Shown here one piece after another: positions 58,835-64,000 of a DNA stretch of 64,000 nt; position 1 is the stretch's first letter; each line of letters begins with the position of its first letter. Source of the stretch: Patescibacteria group bacterium (lineage in GTDB: Bacteria > Patescibacteriota > Minisyncoccia > 2-02-FULL-40-12 > IGHO2-01-FULL-4-A); assembly GCA_038064015.1 (NCBI GenBank), contig JBBTUB010000015.1, positions 7,093 through 71,092 on the forward strand, written 5' to 3'. The position numbers and the translations under genes were made by a program. Below the pieces are notes generated by a model that worked only from the letters and a program-made list of their open reading frames with translations, ran no database searches and was not told the origin of the DNA.

Positions 58835-61261
58835 ATGGCAATTCTCAACGGCACCATCAAGCCTCGCGAAATCGTCACTGAAATGCAAGACTCGTATTTG
58901 GATTACGCGATGAGCGTGATCGTCGCGCGCGCCCTGCCGGATGTTCGCGATGGATTTAAGCCGGTGCATCGCCGGATTCTCTATGCCATGCACGAGATGG
59001 GCCTGCGGCCCGGCGCCAAGTATCAAAAATCCGCCAAGGTGGTCGGGTATGTGCTGGGACAATTTCATCCGCATGGCGACACCGCCGCCTATGACTCGAT
59101 GGTGCGCATGGCGCAGGAATTTTCGCTGCGCTATCCGCTCGTGGACGGGCAGGGGAACTTTGGCTCGATCGACGGAGACGGCGCTGCCGCGTACCGATAT
59201 ACCGAGGCGCGCCTGGCGCCGATCGCCGAGCTCATGCTTCAGGATATCGAGAAAGAAACGGTGGACTTCGTGGATAACTTTGACGGCAGTACTAAGGAAC
59301 CCACAGTGCTCCCCAGCCGCATTCCCAACTTACTACTCAATGGTTCCATGGGCATCGCGGTCGGCATGACGACCAATATCCCGCCGCACAACCTTACCGA
59401 AGTGCTCAACGCACTCATGCATTTGATCGAAAAACCAAGCGCTTCCGTAGAGGACATCATGCAATTTATCAAAGGCCCGGATTTTCCGACGGGAGGCTCT
59501 ATTTACAGTGAAAAAGATATCCTCACGGCCTACGCGACGGGCAAAGGCCCGATCGTGATGCGTGGCAAAGCCGATATCATTGAGTCCGAGAAGCGAGGCT
59601 TTCAGATCATCATTTCCGAGATTCCCTATCAGGTGAACAAGGCCGAGCTGATTATCCATATCGCCGAGCTGGTGCGGGATAAAAAGCTCCTCGGCATCAA
59701 AGATGTTCGCGATGAGTCGGACCGAGAAGGCCTTCGCGTCGCCATTGACCTGAAGCAAGATGCATTTCCGCGCAAGGTGCTCAACCAGCTCTACAAATAC
59801 ACCGAGCTCCAAAAGTCATTTCACGTCAACATGATCGGCCTGGTTGATGGGATCCAGCCGCAAATTTTGGGCCTCAAGACGATGCTCGAGCAGTTCATCG
59901 CGCACCGGCAAGTCGTGGTCACGCGGCGCTCGCAGTACGATTTGCGCAAAGCCAAAGAGCGCGCGCATATCCTGGAGGGACTTTCCAAAGCGCTCGACCA
60001 CATTGACGAGATTATCAAGATCATCAAGAAATCCGAGTCTCGCGAGGATGCGGCGGCAAACCTTATTAAGCGATTCAAGTTTTCCGATCGGCAAACCGTT
60101 GCGATCTTGGACATGCGGCTCCAGACGCTCGCGGGGCTGGAGCGCAAGAAGATCGAAGACGAGCTCAAAGAGAAAAAAGAACTGATCGCGTTTCTTGAAG
60201 ATCTCCTCGCTCATCCAAAGAAAATCCTTGCGGTTATCAAGAAAGAATTTGAGGAGGTCAGGGAAAAATACGGCGATGAGCGTCGCACGCAAGTAGTCAA
60301 AACGGCCGTCCGTGAGATCGGCGATGAAGAGCTGATCCCGGAAGAGGAGTCACTTTTCATGATCACCTATGGCGGCTACATCAAGCGCATGCCACCTGCC
60401 ACGCTCAAAGCCCAGAAGCGCGGCGGCAAGGGCCTCATCGGCATGGCGACCAAGGAAGAAGATGCCGTGCTGCATTTCTTTATCGCCAACACGCATGACG
60501 ACATCATGTTTTTCACCAACTCCGGCAAAGTATTTCAGACCAAGGGCTACGAAGTGCCTGAGTCCGCCCGACAAGCCAAGGGCAAGGCGCTCGTCAATTT
60601 TTTGCAAATCTCTCCGAGTGACCGTATTACGGGCATTATTCCGCTTTCCAAGGATAAAAAATCAGCGGCGAAATATCTTTTCATGACAACGGCCAACGGC
60701 GTTATCAAAAAAGTCGAGACGACCGAATTCACCCAGATCCGGCGCAATGGCATGGCGGCAATCAAGCTCCATGGCGATGATGAGCTCAAATGGGTGAAGT
60801 CCACATCCGGTTCCGATGAAATTATTTTGACGACCTCCGACGGCTCGGCGGTACGCTTCAAAGAAAAGGACGTCCGTCCCATGGGACGGGGCGCGGCCGG
60901 CGTGATCGGGATCCGCCTGGATAAGGGCGCCAAAGTCGTCGGCGCGGATGTTGTCACGGGGACGCACCTTCTCGCGGTCATGGCCAATGGCTACGGTAAA
61001 CGCACCAAGCTCACCGAATACAAAGTGCAGAAGCGCGGCGGAAAGGGAATTCTGACCGCCAAGATCACGAGCAAGACCGGCGAATTGGTTTCTGCCTATG
61101 TGGTCAATGAAGAGGACGAAGAAATTATCGCTGTGTCTCAAAAAGGCGTGGTCATCCGCACCGCGCTCAATACGATTTCAATCCTCGGCCGCGCCACGCA
61201 AGGCGTGCGCATCATGAAAATGGAAGCTGGGGATAAGGTTGCCTCGGTAGTAGTGGTATAA
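58835..61261 (+). CDS. gyrA: DNA gyrase subunit A
   Basis: [29 protein letters not shown]-x-RYTE, GyrA-box QKRGGKG. Confidence 0.98.
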   Translation: MAILNGTIKPREIVTEMQDSYLDYAMSVIVARALPDVRDGFKPVHRRILYAMHEMGLRPGAKYQKSAKVVGYVLGQFHPHGDTAAYDSMVRMAQEFSLRYPLVDGQGNFGSIDGDGAAAYRYTEARLAPIAELMLQDIEKETVDFVDNFDGSTKEPTVLPSRIPNLLLNGSMGIAVGMTTNIPPHNLTEVLNALMHLIEKPSASVEDIMQFIKGPDFPTGGSIYSEKDILTAYATGKGPIVMRGKADIIESEKRGFQIIISEIPYQVNKAELIIHIAELVRDKKLLGIKDVRDESDREGLRVAIDLKQDAFPRKVLNQLYKYTELQKSFHVNMIGLVDGIQPQILGLKTMLEQFIAHRQVVVTRRSQYDLRKAKERAHILEGLSKALDHIDEIIKIIKKSESREDAAANLIKRFKFSDRQTVAILDMRLQTLAGLERKKIEDELKEKKELIAFLEDLLAHPKKILAVIKKEFEEVREKYGDERRTQVVKTAVREIGDEELIPEEESLFMITYGGYIKRMPPATLKAQKRGGKGLIGMATKEEDAVLHFFIANTHDDIMFFTNSGKVFQTKGYEVPESARQAKGKALVNFLQISPSDRITGIIPLSKDKKSAAKYLFMTTANGVIKKVETTEFTQIRRNGMAAIKLHGDDELKWVKSTSGSDEIILTTSDGSAVRFKEKDVRPMGRGAAGVIGIRLDKGAKVVGADVVTGTHLLAVMANGYGKRTKLTEYKVQKRGGKGILTAKITSKTGELVSAYVVNEEDEEIIAVSQKGVVIRTALNTISILGRATQGVRIMKMEAGDKVASVVVV

Positions 61262-61268
61262 TACGATT

Positions 61269-61772
61269 GTGGCAGAAACTGGATTTTTTAATCCGCAGGA
61301 ACTCCAACAACTCATCGGTATCCAAGAAGGCATGAAGGTTGCCGATTTTGGCTCGGGCTCGGGAGAAGTCGCGGTGATGATCGCACGGATCGTCGGCGCC
61401 GATGGAGTGGTAACGGCGATCGATGTGCTTCCCAGCGCTTTGGAGTCGCTTGCCGCGCGAGCTGCGCACGAGAACTTGCAAAATATCCAAGCCGTGCGAG
61501 CTGATCTTGAAGTTCCAGGGAGCTCGCGGCTCCCCGATGCTTCGCAAGATGTCGTATACCTCGGCAATATTCTCTGGCAGTCGCCAAAAAAGTCAGAAAT
61601 TCTTGCGGAAGCCGTCCGCGTACTAAAATCCGGCGGCGTGCTTGCGGTCGTCGAGTGGCGTGATCGCATTCCCCAGCAAGAACTCAAAGAACTATTGGCT
61701 GCGACCGGATTGCAAGAAATCATCGACTTTCCGGCAGGGACATATCACTACGGCATGAAGGGGAAAAAATAA
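61269..61772 (+). CDS. Class I SAM-dependent methyltransferase
   Basis: VADFGSGSG, VTAID, RVLKSGG. Confidence 0.88.
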   Translation: MAETGFFNPQELQQLIGIQEGMKVADFGSGSGEVAVMIARIVGADGVVTAIDVLPSALESLAARAAHENLQNIQAVRADLEVPGSSRLPDASQDVVYLGNILWQSPKKSEILAEAVRVLKSGGVLAVVEWRDRIPQQELKELLAATGLQEIIDFPAGTYHYGMKGKK

Positions 61773-61773
61773 C

Positions 61774-63090
61774 ATGGATCGGCGCAAACTTATCTACATC
61801 ATCGGGGGAGTGCTCGGAGGAATCCTACTCCTCGTACTTTTTTTTGTGCTGGTGGGTGGTGATGCGCCGAAGGCTCAAAAAGCCAATCTTGCCATGTGGG
61901 GGCCGTTTGATGAGCCGAGCTACTACGCTCAGGTTATCCGCGACTACCGAAAAGTAAATCCCAATATAAGTGTCACCTACACTCAGATTCCCGCCCAGGA
62001 CTATGAACAGCGCCTTATTAGCGCGTTTGCTGCCGGCAACGGCCCTGACATCTGGTTGATGCACAATACTTGGCTGCCCAAGCATCAGGATAAGATCCAG
62101 CCGTTGCCTACCAAAATTAAGGGTGTGAAAGAGCCACTATTTACTTTCAAGAATTTTCAAGATCAATTTGTTGATGTTGCAGTGGCAGATCTCACGAGAG
62201 GGGAAACTATATACGCCCTGCCGCTCTATATTGATACCTTGGCCCTTTACTACAACAAAGATCTTTTTAATACCGCGGGAATTGCTACGCCACCTCGGAC
62301 GTGGGAAGACTTTGTTCGAAATGTTCCCCTCCTGACCTCACGTGATACTGCTGACAATATTGTCCGGTCCGCCGCGGCGATCGGGACCTCCAAAAACATC
62401 AATCGCTCTACCGATATACTCATGCTCCTCATGCTCCAAAGCGGAGTACGTATGACCGATAAAGATAATGCCGGAGCAACTTTTGCAAAACAGGTGGACG
62501 GGCTTAATGTAGGAGAGTTGGCAGTGCAATTTTATACTGACTTTGCCAATCTATCCAAGCCTGACCGCTACACCTGGAACGATCGGCAAAAGTACTCGAT
62601 CGATGCGTTTGCCGATGGGAATACCGCGATGATGCTCAACTACTCTCATCACATCCAAACGCTGCGAGCCAAAGCGCCCCGATTAAATTTTGGCATTGCC
62701 CCGGTCCCTCAGCCCGAGAAAGCGACTATTGGGGTTAATTTTGCCAATTACTGGGCGCCTACGGTAGCAAAGCAGTCAAATTATGGTCTCGAAGCGTGGC
62801 AGTTTCTTATCTATTTGTCGGGTACCGACGGAGCTATTTCCTATCTCGATGCTTCTCTTCGTCCCACGGCTCGGCGCGACTTGATCGAGCGACAAAAAAA
62901 TGACGCAGATCTTGGCACGTTTGCTCACCAAGCGCTCACGGCGCGATCGTGGTACCAAGTGGACAATGTCTCGATTGAGACGCTTTTTGCCAAGCTGATC
63001 GATGATGTGAATTTCAATCGGGCCACGATCCGAGACGCGCTCAAGGAAGCGGAGTCACAAGTGAGTGTCATCATGAGTAAATCGCCATGA
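61774..63090 (+). CDS. Membrane-anchored extracellular solute-binding protein (family 1-like)
   Basis: GPDIW, YALPLYIDTLALYYNKDLF, PRTWEDF, F-x-x-G-x-x-AM. Confidence 0.88.
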   Translation: MDRRKLIYIIGGVLGGILLLVLFFVLVGGDAPKAQKANLAMWGPFDEPSYYAQVIRDYRKVNPNISVTYTQIPAQDYEQRLISAFAAGNGPDIWLMHNTWLPKHQDKIQPLPTKIKGVKEPLFTFKNFQDQFVDVAVADLTRGETIYALPLYIDTLALYYNKDLFNTAGIATPPRTWEDFVRNVPLLTSRDTADNIVRSAAAIGTSKNINRSTDILMLLMLQSGVRMTDKDNAGATFAKQVDGLNVGELAVQFYTDFANLSKPDRYTWNDRQKYSIDAFADGNTAMMLNYSHHIQTLRAKAPRLNFGIAPVPQPEKATIGVNFANYWAPTVAKQSNYGLEAWQFLIYLSGTDGAISYLDASLRPTARRDLIERQKNDADLGTFAHQALTARSWYQVDNVSIETLFAKLIDDVNFNRATIRDALKEAESQVSVIMSKSP

Positions 63091-63983
63091 AAAGCATAGG
63101 TACTAAAATTTTCCTTGTTTTTTTTCTCGGGCTTTTGTTTTTTAGCATGGCAGTGCCGGCACAAGCGGCACTGGTAACCTGCGGACTCAAGTCGCAGGAT
63201 GTCAAAGAAACATCCGAGATCGAAGGAGCCTGTACCATCTGCGACATACTGAAGCTTCTCAAAAACATCGTCGATTATATTTCATTTACGCTGGTACCGA
63301 TTTTTGCCGGAGTGATGATTCTCGTGTCTGGCTTGATCATAGTTCTTGGCGGTGCAAAGCCCGAGATGGTCACGCAAGGGAGATCCATGCTTACCAACAC
63401 GCTCATTGGTGTTGCGATTATTTATAGTTCGTATATGATCACGAACTTCATCATCAAATCCGTGGCCGGTGAGAGCGATGTGGCCACGAGTTGGTTTAAG
63501 CTTGATTGCCAAGTTCCTGTTCCTGCTCCTAGTTCGACGCCGTTGCCGGGCCTTGGCGAGCTTTGCAATGATTTACCCAAGCTTGCTCAAGCGAACCGCG
63601 CCCGGTATCCGAAGGGGAATGCTCCAGAGCTCAACACGCTGATCAGTTGTATAAAAGATAAGCTCCCAGGGAAAGATTTTGGAAGTCAGGCAACCTATGA
63701 CTCCAATGAGATATGCAATTACCTTCGCGGAGATGAGCGTTTTTGCGGGACAACCTGCAACCATCGACGAAGCTCATGCCATTATGGCGGGACGACGGGA
63801 AGAGATGGCGCACTTGCGGTGGATTTTGGGAACGAGAAAATTGGAGATGAGATTATCGCCGCGGCCAAAGCGTGTGGTGCGAAAAGCGCCCGGTGTGAAA
63901 CGCCAACCGGTGATTCTGCAGCATGCTCCGCAGTGGGTGTGAATCATATCCACATCAGTGCCGCGAGTTGCGACACGAATTAA
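63087..63983 (+). CDS. VirB2/TrbC-like pilin fused to a probable LAS-type Zn-peptidase domain
   Basis: CTICD...two TMs flanking GRSMLTNTLIGVAII; C-terminal SCHYGG...AVDF and NHIHIS. Confidence 0.7.
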   Translation: MKSIGTKIFLVFFLGLLFFSMAVPAQAALVTCGLKSQDVKETSEIEGACTICDILKLLKNIVDYISFTLVPIFAGVMILVSGLIIVLGGAKPEMVTQGRSMLTNTLIGVAIIYSSYMITNFIIKSVAGESDVATSWFKLDCQVPVPAPSSTPLPGLGELCNDLPKLAQANRARYPKGNAPELNTLISCIKDKLPGKDFGSQATYDSNEICNYLRGDERFCGTTCNHRRSSCHYGGTTGRDGALAVDFGNEKIGDEIIAAAKACGAKSARCETPTGDSAACSAVGVNHIHISAASCDTN

Positions 63984-64000
63984 TAATTATTGTATACTTA

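Noticed and set aside
1-64000. CRISPR array or cas genes
   Set aside because: No regularly spaced 25-40 nt direct repeats; the repetitive tracts are coding PT, collagen or acidic repeats
1-64000. Alternative genetic code (TGA = Gly, code 25)
   Set aside because: Conserved genes such as dnaA, dnaN, nusA and ruvC end at TGA at their expected lengths

Overview
This is a chromosomal segment of a small-genome bacterium, most likely Patescibacteria/CPR (Parcubacteria-like). That call is an inference from gene content: streamlined housekeeping genes, a VirB4/PrgI/VirB6-type cluster, pilins, a sortase and free-standing LAGLIDADG genes beside tRNAs. TGA is used as a stop codon (code 11). The window holds the jag-yidC-yidD-rnpA-rpmH / dnaA-dnaN origin region and core genes (pcrA, rsmA, tyrS, ruvB/ruvC, nusA, tig, rplS, ftsH, rpsA, gyrA). 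It also holds ten intact tRNA genes, including a rare tRNA-Ile(UAU), a relaxase-free T4SS-like operon and many surface proteins. Best novelty candidates: (1) a ~165-nt multi-branched structured RNA with its own -10 box between ruvB and pilB; (2) a circularly permuted DsbA; (3) a VirB2-like pilin fused to a probable Zn-peptidase; (4) two LAGLIDADG-fold genes ending directly against tRNA genes, plus tRNA-fragment/hairpin elements; (5) pervasive leaderless promoters, with ORFs starting 2-3 nt after tRNA 3' ends; (6) an unannotated 42-aa acidic micro-protein coupled to ruvC; (7) a cysteine-free family-4 UDG. All calls come from reading motifs by eye; no database searches or folding programs were run.
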